Assembly (NCBI GenBank): GCA_039028615.1
Contig: JBCCHT010000010.1
Span: forward strand, 128,001 to 192,000
Direction of reading: 5' to 3'
DNA: 64,000 bases
Origin: Myxococcota bacterium
GTDB lineage: Bacteria > Myxococcota_A > Polyangia > Nannocystales > Nannocystaceae
Shown here: in pieces, positions 28,976 to 39,182 of the stretch
Layout of the letters: the number at the start of each line of letters is the position of its first letter
How positions within the stretch are numbered: position 1 is the first letter of the stretch
Made by a program: the position numbers and the translations under genes
Notes under the pieces: model-generated
What the model was told of the DNA's origin: nothing
Seen by the model: the letters and a program-made list of their open reading frames with translations, nothing else
Database searches by the model: none

Positions 28976-31900
28976 GTGCTGACCCGGGCCCCCGCTGGCG
29001 CGGGAACGGAGAGTCCGTCCGAGCCGGCTCGGGTGATCGATGGTCGCTACGAGGTCGTGCGAGAGCTCGGCCGCGGAGGCATGGGCGTCGTGTATCAGGT
29101 CTTCGATCGCGCGACCCAGCGCGACCTGGCCCTCAAGCAGCTGCTCTCCGCCGACGTCGTCTCGACGACGGGTCAGCGCGAGCGCTCGACGGTTCGGTTT
29201 CGTCGCGAGTTCCACACCGTCGCCGGGCTCAGCCATCCCTGTGTGGTCACCGTCTACGAGTACGGAATCGAGCTCGACCAGCCCTACTACACGATGGAGC
29301 TGCTCGAGGGGCCGACCCTGAGCCAGCTGCTTCGCGCTCCGGTGACGCAGTGCTGTCGGATCCTGCGGGGCGTGGCCTCGGCCCTGGCCTTCTTGCACTC
29401 GCGGCGCCTGCTCCATCGCGACCTCAAGACTCGCAACGTCCGCTGCGACGCGTCGGGCCGACCCAAGCTCTTGGACTTCGGGATCCTGGCCACCATGGGG
29501 GTGGCGGGTGACGTGGCGGGCACGCCTCCCTGCATCCCCCCCGAGGCGCTGTGGGGGCTGCCGCTGGACGCTCGCTCCGATCTGTTCGGCTTGGGGGCGC
29601 TGGGCTATCGCTTGGTCACGGGCAAGCAGGCCTACCCGGCCAAGACGCTCGAAGAGCTCGAAGAGCACTGGCAGCGACGACCGACCCTGCCCTCGCGAAT
29701 GCGGGAGGACATTCCGCCCGCGCTCGACGATCTGCTGCTGGCCTTGCTGAGCGTGGAGCCCGAGGGGCGACCCAGCACCGCGGCCGAGGTCATCGCTCGG
29801 CTGGACGTCATCGGAGGGCTCGAGCGCGCGCCCGAGCTCGACGTCGCGCGCGGCTGGCTGCAGAGCGCGAGGCTGGTGGGTCGAGAGCAAGAGCTGGAGA
29901 CCATCCGTGGCACCGTCGAAGACGCGAGCCAGGGCGTGGGCTCGATGCTGGTGGTGCACGGCCCCTCGGGGGTGGGCAAGACGCGGCTGTTGCGAGAGGC
30001 CGGGCTGCACGCGCAGCTGTCGGGGGCCACGGTCTTGCGGGGACGCGGGCGGGGCACCCGGCACGCGCCCTACGACCTCGTGCGTCAGCTGGTCCGAGAC
30101 ATGTGGCGGGTGTGCCCCAACGAGGCGGCGGCCAGCGGCGGTCGCCATGCTCCGGTCTTGCGACGGGTCATCCCCGAGCTTCGGCGCGGTCGCGAGTCGC
30201 AAAGCTCGGCCGTGCACGCCCCTCCGGCCGAAGAGCGCCTGCGCCTGCAGGAGTCGCTGCTCGAGTGGTTCCTCGAGCTGGCCAAGCGACGGCCGATCAT
30301 CATCCTGGTCGACGACCTCGAGTGCTGCGACGAGGGCTCGGCGACGCTGCTCGCGTCTCTCGGTCACGTGGCGCCCCGGCATGCGTTGGCCGTGCTCGGG
30401 GCTCGCCGCACGGAGACCGCCGCGGGCACGCGTCGCGGGTGGTGGACAGGCGTGGGCGAGTCCTTGCGCCTCTCCGAGCTCGACCGGGCCGCGGTCTCGG
30501 AGCTGGTACGAGACTGGTTCGGCGAGCTTCCGGGCGCACCCGAGCTCGCGGAGTGGATCCACCGCGCGGCGGGGGGCAGCCCCATGCACTGCTCCGAGCT
30601 GGCCCGACACTTGGTGGAAGAGGGCATCGTGCTCTACACCGACGGGATCTGGCGGCAGGTCGCCGATCCCGAGGACGCCCAGCCCCCCGATCGGATGACG
30701 GAGGCGATGGATCTGCGGGTGGAGGCTCTGTCCGTGGTGGGTCGAGCGATGGGCCAGGCCCTGGCGCTGTGGCGCGGCCCAGCCCCGGTCGAGCTGTGCG
30801 CCGAGCTGCTGCAGACCGGCGAGCTGGGCCTGGTGTTCGAGGCGCTGGACGAGCTGGTCTACGAGGAGATCATCGTCGGCGGCGACGAGGGCTTCGAGCT
30901 GGTCCACGACGGCATCCGCGACGCGCTGCTGCGGGTCCTCGAGCCCGACCGGCGGCGGCTCATCCACGAGATCACGGCCGAGCTGATCGTCGATCGCTGG
31001 GGGCAGGAGGGGGGAGACCGCCAGGCCGACCTGGGCTGGCACCTGCTGCGAGCGGGCCGACGCCGCGACGGAGCGCAGCTGCTCGAGCGCGCGGGTCGGC
31101 GGCGCTACGCGCTGCGGTCCTTCGAAGACGCGGTCGACCTGCTCGAGGCTGCGCTGCAGGTCTACCTCGAGGACGATGAACCGGGGGACGAAGTCCGGGC
31201 CCTCGAGCTGCAGTCGATGTTGGTGCGGGCGGGGGTCATCGGTGACCGCGCGGCGGTCGTTCGCTACGCCGAGGTCACCATCGAGGCCTTTGCTCGCCGC
31301 AGCGGCCTGCCGCTCGCCCGACGCCTGGCCCGATGGACGGGGCGGCGCATCGGCTTGGCCGCGGGCCTGGCCTGGGCGTCGGTGGGCTGGCTGCTCCGCG
31401 GTCGGGCCCACCGCGGCCCCAGCCCTCGCAATGCCCTCGCGACCACGGTGGCGCTCACCAACTACGTCGCCACCGTCTACGCGATGGCCTTCGATGTCGA
31501 TCGGGTCATGGCGCTGCGGCAAGGCGTCGACGTTGTTCGGGGGGTCCGCAACTCGGCGGCCGAAGCGGCTTCGGCGATGCTCGACGGCCTGGTCGCGCTG
31601 AGCACCGGGTCTTGGCGAGAGGCCCACCAAAAACTCATCGCGGTCGATGCCGCGATCTTGGCGTCGGAGCCCGCCTCCATGTCCGAGATGGATCGCCGCA
31701 TGTTCTGCGGCGGGGCGCGGGTATTGAAGCTGGTCATCGAGGCGGTCGAGCAGGACGGGGCCTTCGAGGAATCCCTCGACACGCTCACGGCGATGAAGAT
31801 GCGCTTCTTCTCGCTCGGGGCGCAGATGAGCCGGGTGTACTTCCATCGGCTTCGCGGCGAGGAAGAGCAGGCCCGCGGCGTGCAGCGAGACGCGGATCTC

Positions 31901-32656
31901 TCCGTCGTTCAGCTCGGCAACGCGTGGACCTTCGAGTCGCTGCGGGCCTGGGTCTCCGCCTTTGCCCATGGCCTCACTGGAGACGTGGTCGGGCTGCGAC
32001 GGGCGGCCGACGAGCTCGAGCGCCTCGACCGGGCGGGCCTACGGCTGGGTCCCTTCGTGGCCGCGGCGCAGGCCGACCTCGAGCTATTGCACGATCATCC
32101 CCAGCCCGCTCGCGAGAGCCTGGCCGCGGCCCTCGCCGAGCTTCCGCCCTCCCAACGGCTGGCGCGGCTGGTGCTGCGAGCCTCGCAAGTGGCCTCCTTG
32201 GTGGCGCTGGGCTGTTTCCGGGAGGCCATCGAGGCGGCCGAGCGAGCGCTCGAGGAGGCTCCGGCTGGCACGGGCCCCGGGGCGGCTCGGGTCCGGGTGC
32301 GCTGCGGCCTGGCCGTGGCCCTGGCCCGCACCGATCGCTTCTCGCAAGCGCATCGCGAGCTCGATGCGCTGATCGTCGAGGTCGCGGAGTTCGACAACCC
32401 GATGTTGATGGGCCTGGTTCGCGAGACGGGAGCCGAGATTGCCGCCGCGGGCGGGGACGACCAGGCCCAGCGCCGTCATGCCGCGTCGGCCGAGCTGCTC
32501 TTCGCCTCCACGGGCAACCCGGTGCTCATCGCCCGGGCACGGCGCTTGGTGGCTGCGCTGCCCGAGTCGACCCTGCCGGAGGCGGGCGCCGACGAGGACG
32601 ACGACGGGCTCGAGTCGGACACCTTCGAGACCGTCGATTTGCGACCCCTCAAATGA
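28976..32656 (+). CDS. Ser/Thr kinase - STAND/AAA_16 ATPase - helical (TPR-like) protein
   Basis: GRGGMG, LALK, HRDLKTRN, DFG, GTPPCIPPE; LVGREQEL, Walker A GPSGVGKT, Walker B ILVDD, GGSP; GAGGAG RBS before GTG. Confidence 0.9.
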   Translation: MLTRAPAGAGTESPSEPARVIDGRYEVVRELGRGGMGVVYQVFDRATQRDLALKQLLSADVVSTTGQRERSTVRFRREFHTVAGLSHPCVVTVYEYGIELDQPYYTMELLEGPTLSQLLRAPVTQCCRILRGVASALAFLHSRRLLHRDLKTRNVRCDASGRPKLLDFGILATMGVAGDVAGTPPCIPPEALWGLPLDARSDLFGLGALGYRLVTGKQAYPAKTLEELEEHWQRRPTLPSRMREDIPPALDDLLLALLSVEPEGRPSTAAEVIARLDVIGGLERAPELDVARGWLQSARLVGREQELETIRGTVEDASQGVGSMLVVHGPSGVGKTRLLREAGLHAQLSGATVLRGRGRGTRHAPYDLVRQLVRDMWRVCPNEAAASGGRHAPVLRRVIPELRRGRESQSSAVHAPPAEERLRLQESLLEWFLELAKRRPIIILVDDLECCDEGSATLLASLGHVAPRHALAVLGARRTETAAGTRRGWWTGVGESLRLSELDRAAVSELVRDWFGELPGAPELAEWIHRAAGGSPMHCSELARHLVEEGIVLYTDGIWRQVADPEDAQPPDRMTEAMDLRVEALSVVGRAMGQALALWRGPAPVELCAELLQTGELGLVFEALDELVYEEIIVGGDEGFELVHDGIRDALLRVLEPDRRRLIHEITAELIVDRWGQEGGDRQADLGWHLLRAGRRRDGAQLLERAGRRRYALRSFEDAVDLLEAALQVYLEDDEPGDEVRALELQSMLVRAGVIGDRAAVVRYAEVTIEAFARRSGLPLARRLARWTGRRIGLAAGLAWASVGWLLRGRAHRGPSPRNALATTVALTNYVATVYAMAFDVDRVMALRQGVDVVRGVRNSAAEAASAMLDGLVALSTGSWREAHQKLIAVDAAILASEPASMSEMDRRMFCGGARVLKLVIEAVEQDGAFEESLDTLTAMKMRFFSLGAQMSRVYFHRLRGEEEQARGVQRDADLSVVQLGNAWTFESLRAWVSAFAHGLTGDVVGLRRAADELERLDRAGLRLGPFVAAAQADLELLHDHPQPARESLAAALAELPPSQRLARLVLRASQVASLVALGCFREAIEAAERALEEAPAGTGPGAARVRVRCGLAVALARTDRFSQAHRELDALIVEVAEFDNPMLMGLVRETGAEIAAAGGDDQAQRRHAASAELLFASTGNPVLIARARRLVAALPESTLPEAGADEDDDGLESDTFETVDLRPLK

Positions 32657-32658
32657 AT

Positions 32659-32687
32659 CGACCCGCGGCTCATGGAGCCGCGGGTCG
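32659..32687. terminator. Perfect 13-bp hairpin between convergent genes (probable bidirectional terminator)
   Basis: CGACCCGCGGCTC-ATG-GAGCCGCGGGTCG immediately after the 32656 stop. Confidence 0.7.
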
Positions 32688-32711
32688 TCGGTTTAGACCG
32701 AGGGGTCAGGC

Positions 32712-35700
32712 TCAGCCGCCGCTGGAGCCACCGCCGCCGGAGCCACCGTCGCTACCGCCATCGGTGTCACCGTCGGTCTCGCCACCGGTCCCGGTGCCGC
32801 CGTCGTCCTCGTCACCGCAGGCCGGCTTGTTCTCGACGCTGTACTCACCGTTGCAGAACCGGCCGTTGTCGGGCCAGACGCGACCGTTGGCGTCGATGTA
32901 GGGCTGGTTCTCCGGGTCGAAGTCGAACTCGCAAAGGTCGCAGGGGTCACCCAGACCGTCGTAGTCCTGGTCGAACTGCGGCAGGAAGCAGAGGTTGCTC
33001 CACAGCGCGTCGAGGTCACCGTCGAAGTCGTCGACGGTCAGCTTGGCGTTGTCACGCGGGTCGCTGCCGTTGAGGGCTTCCTCGCAGCCCGCGGGCGGGG
33101 TCAGGATGCCCGGAGCGAGCGCCACCGAGGTGGGCAGCTTACGGCAGGTGTCGTCGGTCTCCTCGTCACACTCGACCTTGACCACGCGGCCATCGGGGTC
33201 GAGCAGGGGCGCGGAGGGCTGCTCCACACCATCGTCACGCGGCGGCAGGTTGATCTGCAGCTCGCCGTTCTCGTCCTCGAACAGAGCGACGGTGCAGCAG
33301 TAGCCGTTGGCCGAAGTCTCGTAGAAGGAGAAGGGACGGGCGTCGACGCGACGCTCGCAGGAGGAGTGCGTCTCGCAGGCGTTGCCCACGAAGTCGCCGT
33401 CGGTGTCGTCGGCTTCCTGGTTGGCGCCGTCGATGACCTGCATCGGGTTCTCGGCGAACGGGCAGGTGTCGCACACGTCACCCACGCCGTCGGCGTCGGT
33501 GTCGAGGTGGTCGCAGATGCCGTAGGCCGTCTCGCAGCGGCGGTTGGCGGGACAGTCCGCGTCGCTGCTGCACTGGACCTGCTCGTCGGCGGTCAGAGCC
33601 ACCGGCTGGCGGGGGCAAGCGTCGGCCACGTTGGCGATGCCGTCCTGGTCGAAGTCGTCGTCCGGACCGATGCCGATGACACCCGCGGCGAACGCGTTGG
33701 GCATGAGGGCTTCGCACGCGTCGCCGACCATGTCGTCGTTGGCGTCGAGCTGGCAAAGGACGTTGTCGTCGTAGGCGATCGGGTCGCCGATGGCCCACAC
33801 GTTGTCCGGACCGTAGTCCTCGCAGTTGGCGGTCAGGATGCAGTTGTCACACGCATCGCCGATGCCGTCGCCGTCGCTGTCGTCCTGGAACGGAACGTTG
33901 CGGACCAGCATGTAGCCGAGCGGCGAAGCCTCGTCCTTGTTGTACTGGCGGGCGGACTGGCGACAGGTGTCGCACTCGTTACCCACGCCGTCATCGTCGG
34001 AGTCGGCGGTGTCGTCGGACGAACCGGCCAGGGTCGGGCACAGGTCGATCACGTCGCCGAAGCCGTCGCGGTCGATGTCGCCCTGGTCGGGGTTGAAGAA
34101 GTCCGGCGCGTTGTCACAGCTGAGCTGGACGTTGTCGAGGTCCTGGTCCTCTTTGCACTTCGGCTGGTCGATGGTGAAGTCGTAGAGGAAGTCCGGGTCG
34201 GCCGAGACGTTGGTGGTGATGAGCGGCATGCCGCACACGTCCCAGAACGCCTCTTGGTAGGCGACGGGGTCGTTCATCTGATCCCGGCGGGTCAGGCCCG
34301 GCACCCACAGTCGGTAGGTGGCGCCGGTCTGAAGGACGGGGCCGAACTCGGTCGGGTCGATCTCGACCCCGACCTCACCGATGATCTGGTTGCCGATGTC
34401 GACGGTCAGGCAGGGCACGGGAGCCACGCCAGCGTCGAGGTCGGCCTGCGTCGTGGCGCAGTTGGGACCACCCGCGACGAGCTCGTCGAAGCGGTCGTTC
34501 CAGGCGATGGTGCCCGTGTCGTCCGGGACGAGTCGCCAGATCTGGATCTTGGCGAGGTTCTCCGGGCTCATGTCGTACTTGTTCGAGAACCGAATCGAGA
34601 AGTCGTTACAGGCACCGATCCGAAGGTTGTCGGAGGGGAAGCCACTTCCCGGCTCGACGTGGAAGTCGGGCGTCTCGAAGGTGTAGCTGGCCTTGCCGGC
34701 GAGGGTGTTGCCGACCTTGTCCTGGACGAACTGGCCGCCGTCTTCCGGGGTATTGAAGTTGACCGTGTAGGACGACCCCGAGCACAGCGAGCGGTCGAAG
34801 TCCTCGACGTTCTCCGGCTGGAAGGAGTCGTTGGCGCGCCAACCGTCCTCGATGTTCCGGTCGTCGATGAGGCCACGGCCCTCGGCGCAGCTCTCGATGT
34901 CGGCCCGGGGAACGCCGCCGATGTCGGCGGGGCGCCACTCGAAGCCCTTGATGGCGGGGTCGTAGACGACACCACCGACGCGGGAGACGAACTTGACCGC
35001 GTACTGCTCGGCCCGCTCCTCGCGGGGAGCAGCGTTGTCACCGCTGGTGCGGACCTCGTCGGCGTTGAAGCAACCGATGCGCCACACGTCGAGGCACTGG
35101 TCGGGCGAGCCGTAGTCCTCGATGAAGTCCTGCGTCTCTTGGCTGCCGTCGTTCGGGTCGATGGCCCGGAGGTCGGCGAGGGTGCGGCCCGGCGCGCACT
35201 TACAGTTCTTGCTGGGCTCGGGGAGGGTGTCGTTGCGGTCGTAGACCTCGATGGGCGAGACGTCCTGGAACCAGGGGTCACAGGCCTGCCCGTCGGTGCA
35301 GCCGTCCTCGGAGTCACAGGCAACGCCGTCGACGCCGTTCAGCAGCGAGTCTTGGCAGCACTCGGAAGCGATGAGCGTGCCGTCCTCGTTGTGGTCGCAG
35401 AAGGCGAGCCGGTTTCCGGGAGGAGCCGTGGAGCAGTTGTTGCCCTCTTCGTCGCACAGGGCGTCGAAGTTGGAGTTGTTGAGCAAGCAGGCACCGGCGC
35501 CGCGCTCGTCGTAGCGCTGGTCGACGCAGAAGCCTTCGACGAGCTCGGTGGCGACGATGGCGTCGCCCGAGGTGTCGTTGTAGCTGCGGCAGGACACGAA
35601 CCACTCGGCCACGCAGCGGCCGTCGGTGCAGCCCTCGGGGTCGATGGCCGGGTCACAGGCCTCGCCGGCCTCGTTGCGACCGACACAGTCGGTGCCGGGC

Positions 35701-36923
35701 AGGTCGTGGCCCGCGCTGGAGCGGCACTGCGCGGTGTCGGTGCACGACGCGTTGCGACGCTCGAGCCACTCGGGACGATCGTCCGGGTGGGTCTCGCGAA
35801 GCTGGTCGTAGTACGGCATCAGGTAGGACGTCGGCTCGCAGCCGGGGTCCATCGCCGGGTTGCAGTCCCAGAAGTAGCGGTAGCTGATCTCCTGCTCGCC
35901 GCGACCGACCCAGGGGACGAAGTCGCGGCACTGCGTGAACACGTCGCCGGCGGGGTCGCAGACGATGGCGCTCTGGCTCTCGACGAGCGAGTCGCGGATG
36001 CCGTCGAGGTCGAGCGGGTCCGCGCCGTCGGGCACTGCAAAGAGGTTCGCGTTACGGGTCTGGCCGGCGGTCTGGAGGTCGTCGAGGGTGACCCCGTCAG
36101 CCGCCTCGGAGGTCAGGCCGTAGCGGGCGACCTGCGTGGACAGCAGGAAGTCGCAGCGCGAGCAGCAGGTGTCCGGGCCCTCTTCGGGGGTGTCACAGGA
36201 GCTGCCGCCCACCGTCCAACGACCCGAGTACGAGGTGACCGTGCCGTCCGTGTCCAGCTTGCGGGGCAGGCCGGTGACCGGGCTGACCATGTTGCAAGGG
36301 TTGGTGGCCGGGTCCTGGTAGTCCTCGTGACCGAAGTCGATGCCCTCTTCGCGCAGGTTGTCGATGCACGAGAGGTTGACCAGGCGGGTCATCAAGTCGG
36401 GCTCTTCCGTCGCGCCCTTCTTGTAGTCGCCGTTGAACCGGGTGATCGGACCCTCGATGTCGAGGACGCGCGACTTCCAGTCGTAGACCTCGAACAGCTG
36501 GGGGTTGTCCGGTCGCTTGCGAACGAGCTCGATCGACGTGGGATCGAGCAAGTTGTTGAACACGAACTCGATGCCGAAGGCGGTCACCAGCGGGGAGATT
36601 TTGCAGTACTCCTCCGCGCCGCGAGGGGACTCGAGGGCTTCCTCGGTCTCTTCGCAGGGGCCGATCTCTTCGATGAAGTACGTCCCACTGCTGAAGTCGG
36701 CTGGGCAGTCGCTGCCCTCGCACTGGGGGTTGAGCAAGTGAATCTTGCGAGACGCGTAGTTGATGCCAGAGATGCTCTCGAGCAAGAGGTTGTCGGGATC
36801 GCAGATACCGCAATCGGAATCCTCGATGCACCCGCTTGCACCCACGGACATAGCCGCGAGCAAGAGCCCTCCAGCGACGAGTCCTCGCCGTCCAGAGTTC
36901 GACTTCGCTGCCTTAGTGGTCAT
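32712..36923 (-). CDS. Large Cys/Asp-rich surface lipoprotein with thrombospondin type-3 Ca-binding repeats
   Basis: ASGC lipobox; repeated DxDxDG(V/I/F)GDxCDxC; many Cys; Gly-rich tail. Confidence 0.87.
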   Translation of the reverse strand: MTTKAAKSNSGRRGLVAGGLLLAAMSVGASGCIEDSDCGICDPDNLLLESISGINYASRKIHLLNPQCEGSDCPADFSSGTYFIEEIGPCEETEEALESPRGAEEYCKISPLVTAFGIEFVFNNLLDPTSIELVRKRPDNPQLFEVYDWKSRVLDIEGPITRFNGDYKKGATEEPDLMTRLVNLSCIDNLREEGIDFGHEDYQDPATNPCNMVSPVTGLPRKLDTDGTVTSYSGRWTVGGSSCDTPEEGPDTCCSRCDFLLSTQVARYGLTSEAADGVTLDDLQTAGQTRNANLFAVPDGADPLDLDGIRDSLVESQSAIVCDPAGDVFTQCRDFVPWVGRGEQEISYRYFWDCNPAMDPGCEPTSYLMPYYDQLRETHPDDRPEWLERRNASCTDTAQCRSSAGHDLPGTDCVGRNEAGEACDPAIDPEGCTDGRCVAEWFVSCRSYNDTSGDAIVATELVEGFCVDQRYDERGAGACLLNNSNFDALCDEEGNNCSTAPPGNRLAFCDHNEDGTLIASECCQDSLLNGVDGVACDSEDGCTDGQACDPWFQDVSPIEVYDRNDTLPEPSKNCKCAPGRTLADLRAIDPNDGSQETQDFIEDYGSPDQCLDVWRIGCFNADEVRTSGDNAAPREERAEQYAVKFVSRVGGVVYDPAIKGFEWRPADIGGVPRADIESCAEGRGLIDDRNIEDGWRANDSFQPENVEDFDRSLCSGSSYTVNFNTPEDGGQFVQDKVGNTLAGKASYTFETPDFHVEPGSGFPSDNLRIGACNDFSIRFSNKYDMSPENLAKIQIWRLVPDDTGTIAWNDRFDELVAGGPNCATTQADLDAGVAPVPCLTVDIGNQIIGEVGVEIDPTEFGPVLQTGATYRLWVPGLTRRDQMNDPVAYQEAFWDVCGMPLITTNVSADPDFLYDFTIDQPKCKEDQDLDNVQLSCDNAPDFFNPDQGDIDRDGFGDVIDLCPTLAGSSDDTADSDDDGVGNECDTCRQSARQYNKDEASPLGYMLVRNVPFQDDSDGDGIGDACDNCILTANCEDYGPDNVWAIGDPIAYDDNVLCQLDANDDMVGDACEALMPNAFAAGVIGIGPDDDFDQDGIANVADACPRQPVALTADEQVQCSSDADCPANRRCETAYGICDHLDTDADGVGDVCDTCPFAENPMQVIDGANQEADDTDGDFVGNACETHSSCERRVDARPFSFYETSANGYCCTVALFEDENGELQINLPPRDDGVEQPSAPLLDPDGRVVKVECDEETDDTCRKLPTSVALAPGILTPPAGCEEALNGSDPRDNAKLTVDDFDGDLDALWSNLCFLPQFDQDYDGLGDPCDLCEFDFDPENQPYIDANGRVWPDNGRFCNGEYSVENKPACGDEDDGGTGTGGETDGDTDGGSDGGSGGGGSSGG

Positions 36924-37674
36924 GAACCCTCGTCCATTCTCGGACCGCCCCCGGTGGGGGTCGGTGACCGGCGTAGCCTACGATAGGAGACCGGTTTTCG
37001 TACACTCCAAAGCCCAGTCCACATCGTTGTGAACGAGGCACGTCGCCCCGGGAACCACCGGTCCCTCGGTGCGGCGCTAAACCCTGCCAGGTGTTCGACG
37101 GTGCCGTGCGTGTTCGGCCAGGCGTGATCATCTGCACGAGCCTTTGTTCCCCGCCGCAGCGTGGGCTCCACCGTCGTCGCGATCTCGGCCCGCATGACCC
37201 GAGACCCGTGTCCGGCCATTGTTGGGTACCGCGGAGCGCCTGTCCGCAGCAACGTCGATGGTACGGATCGACGACGTCGTTCCGGGCATCGGCGGGCCGC
37301 TCGTCGCGCCTGACATGGCCGGGGCAGATCGGGGCGGACCGCGGTACTGCGTTCACCCTCGGACCTCGCGTTCGCACTGCGTTTTTTGCGCGCCTCACTG
37401 CGGAAATCGGCGTGCGGTCATGCCGCGCGCGGGGGTGGATCACCGATGACGCGGTGCAAACGGCCAAACGTGGCCGAGCGTCGATGACTGGCGACAATGA
37501 CATACGACAGGCGACGGGTCGCGAAGGCTCCCCGGCTCCGAGGTCTAACGCACGACCTCGCGGGGGATTACGCCCAGGACGGCTACGAGGGACGGCCATC
37601 GATGGATCGGTCGCACGAGCGCGGCGGACCGCGATGCCCCGCGCTGCGCCTGTCCTTTAGACGGATAGACGGCG

Positions 37675-38325
37675 TCAGACGGGCGCGACGCTCGGGGCGG
37701 CCGGACCCGATTCGGCGCCCGGCGAGGGTGCCAGCAGTCCTTCGGAGAAGATCGACCACATCGCCTGGAGGTAGGCGGCGTCGGCCTGGGCGACCTGCTG
37801 CGGGTCGGACTCGTCTTGAATGAGGTTGCGCTGCTCGAACCAGTTGCGGACGAGACCCATGAAGGCGGTGAGGACGAAGCGGGCGGGCACGTCGCTGCGC
37901 AGGAAACCGGCGGCTTGCCCGGCTTCGACGACCGCGACGCCGCGCAGGTGCAGATCTCGAATCTCGTCCACGAACTCCACCGGGCGGTCGAGCTCGAGCC
38001 AGGCCACCAGCCGCAGGATGTCCGGGTTGTCGGCGATGAACCGAAAGTAGGTCTCCATCGACGTCCGCAGCAGGCTGGGCTCGTTCATCTGGGACTCGAT
38101 GAGCTTGCGCTGTTCCTGAACGTACTGCTGAAACGCGTAGGTGCGGACCTCGGCCCACAGGGCGTCCTTGGGCCCAAAGTGGTGGTGGATGAGGCTCTGG
38201 GTGACCCCGGCGGCGTTGGCGATGTGGTGCATCGACGTGCCGGCGTAGCCCGCTTGCGAAAAGCACTCGCGGGCCGCCTCGAGGATCGCTCGGCGCGAGG
38301 CGACGGGGTCGGGTCGGCGGCTCAT
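37675..38325 (-). CDS. TetR/AcrR family transcriptional regulator
   Basis: ILEAARECFSQAGYAGTS...GVTQSLIHHHFGPKDAL. Confidence 0.92.
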   Translation of the reverse strand: MSRRPDPVASRRAILEAARECFSQAGYAGTSMHHIANAAGVTQSLIHHHFGPKDALWAEVRTYAFQQYVQEQRKLIESQMNEPSLLRTSMETYFRFIADNPDILRLVAWLELDRPVEFVDEIRDLHLRGVAVVEAGQAAGFLRSDVPARFVLTAFMGLVRNWFEQRNLIQDESDPQQVAQADAAYLQAMWSIFSEGLLAPSPGAESGPAAPSVAPV

Positions 38326-38341
38326 GGAAAAAGGAAGGGGG

Positions 38342-39103
38342 CTAGAAGGCGCACTCGACGATCATCGCGGTGATGTTGTCGGTGCCGCCGGCGTCGTTGG
38401 AGCGGTCGACCAGCTCGCGCACGGCCGACTCGGGATCGGCGGCTCCGAGCACGATGTCGAGGATCTCCTCGTCTTCGAGCATGCCGCAGAGGCCATCGGA
38501 GCACAGCATGTAGCGGTCGCCGTCCTCGATCTCGATCTCGCACAGGTCGACCTCGACGCTGTCGCGCATGCCGAGCGCTCGCGTGATCACGTTCTTGTGC
38601 GGGAAATCGCGGATCTCTTCTTCGGTGAGATCTGGGCGCGCATCCTTGTAGTCCTCGAGCAGCGAGTGGTCGCGGGTCAGGCCCTGGATGCGGCCGCGCC
38701 GGACGAGGTAGCAGCGGGAGTCACCCACGTGCGCCACGTAGCCGCGGTCGCCGTTGAGGGTGAAGGTCACGATGGTCGTGCCCATGCCCCGCTGGCTGCG
38801 GTGCTTGGTGGCGGCGTGGTGAATCTTGGCGTTGGCCAAGCGAATGGACGAGACCATTCGGTTCTCCGCGTAGCTCAGCGTGTTGTCATAGGGAAAAGGC
38901 CACGCGGCGTCGGGATCGCGCGTAATGCGGTAGAACTCTCCGATGATGTCCGCGGACATCTTGCTGGCGATGTCTCCCGAGGCGTGCCCGCCCATGCCAT
39001 CGGCGACGATGAACAAGCGTTCGTCCTCGATGAGCGCAAAATAATCCTCGTTGTGGGCTCGGACCATGCCCACGTCGGTCCGGGAGGCGTAGCGGATGCG
39101 CAC
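38342..39103 (-). CDS. PP2C-family Ser/Thr phosphatase (Stp1/Pph type)
   Basis: [51 protein letters not shown] start at 39103. Confidence 0.94.
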   Translation of the reverse strand: MRIRYASRTDVGMVRAHNEDYFALIEDERLFIVADGMGGHASGDIASKMSADIIGEFYRITRDPDAAWPFPYDNTLSYAENRMVSSIRLANAKIHHAATKHRSQRGMGTTIVTFTLNGDRGYVAHVGDSRCYLVRRGRIQGLTRDHSLLEDYKDARPDLTEEEIRDFPHKNVITRALGMRDSVEVDLCEIEIEDGDRYMLCSDGLCGMLEDEEILDIVLGAADPESAVRELVDRSNDAGGTDNITAMIVECAF

Positions 39104-39182
39104 GACGCGGGAAGCATAGCAATGTCGAGCGTTCCACTCCATCGGGCACCGCCCGAGGCCCGACGCGTTACGATGTCGGGCG

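Noticed and set aside
33366..36986. Long antisense or alternate-frame ORFs (also 18404-20335, 25016-28639, 28778-31969, 50673-53405)
   Set aside because: Expected stop-codon scarcity at high GC; they fully overlap genes with clear motifs
37074..37090. Sigma54-like TGGCAGGGTTTAGC on the minus strand upstream of the TSP3 gene
   Set aside because: Spacing is GG-N9-GC, not the strict N10
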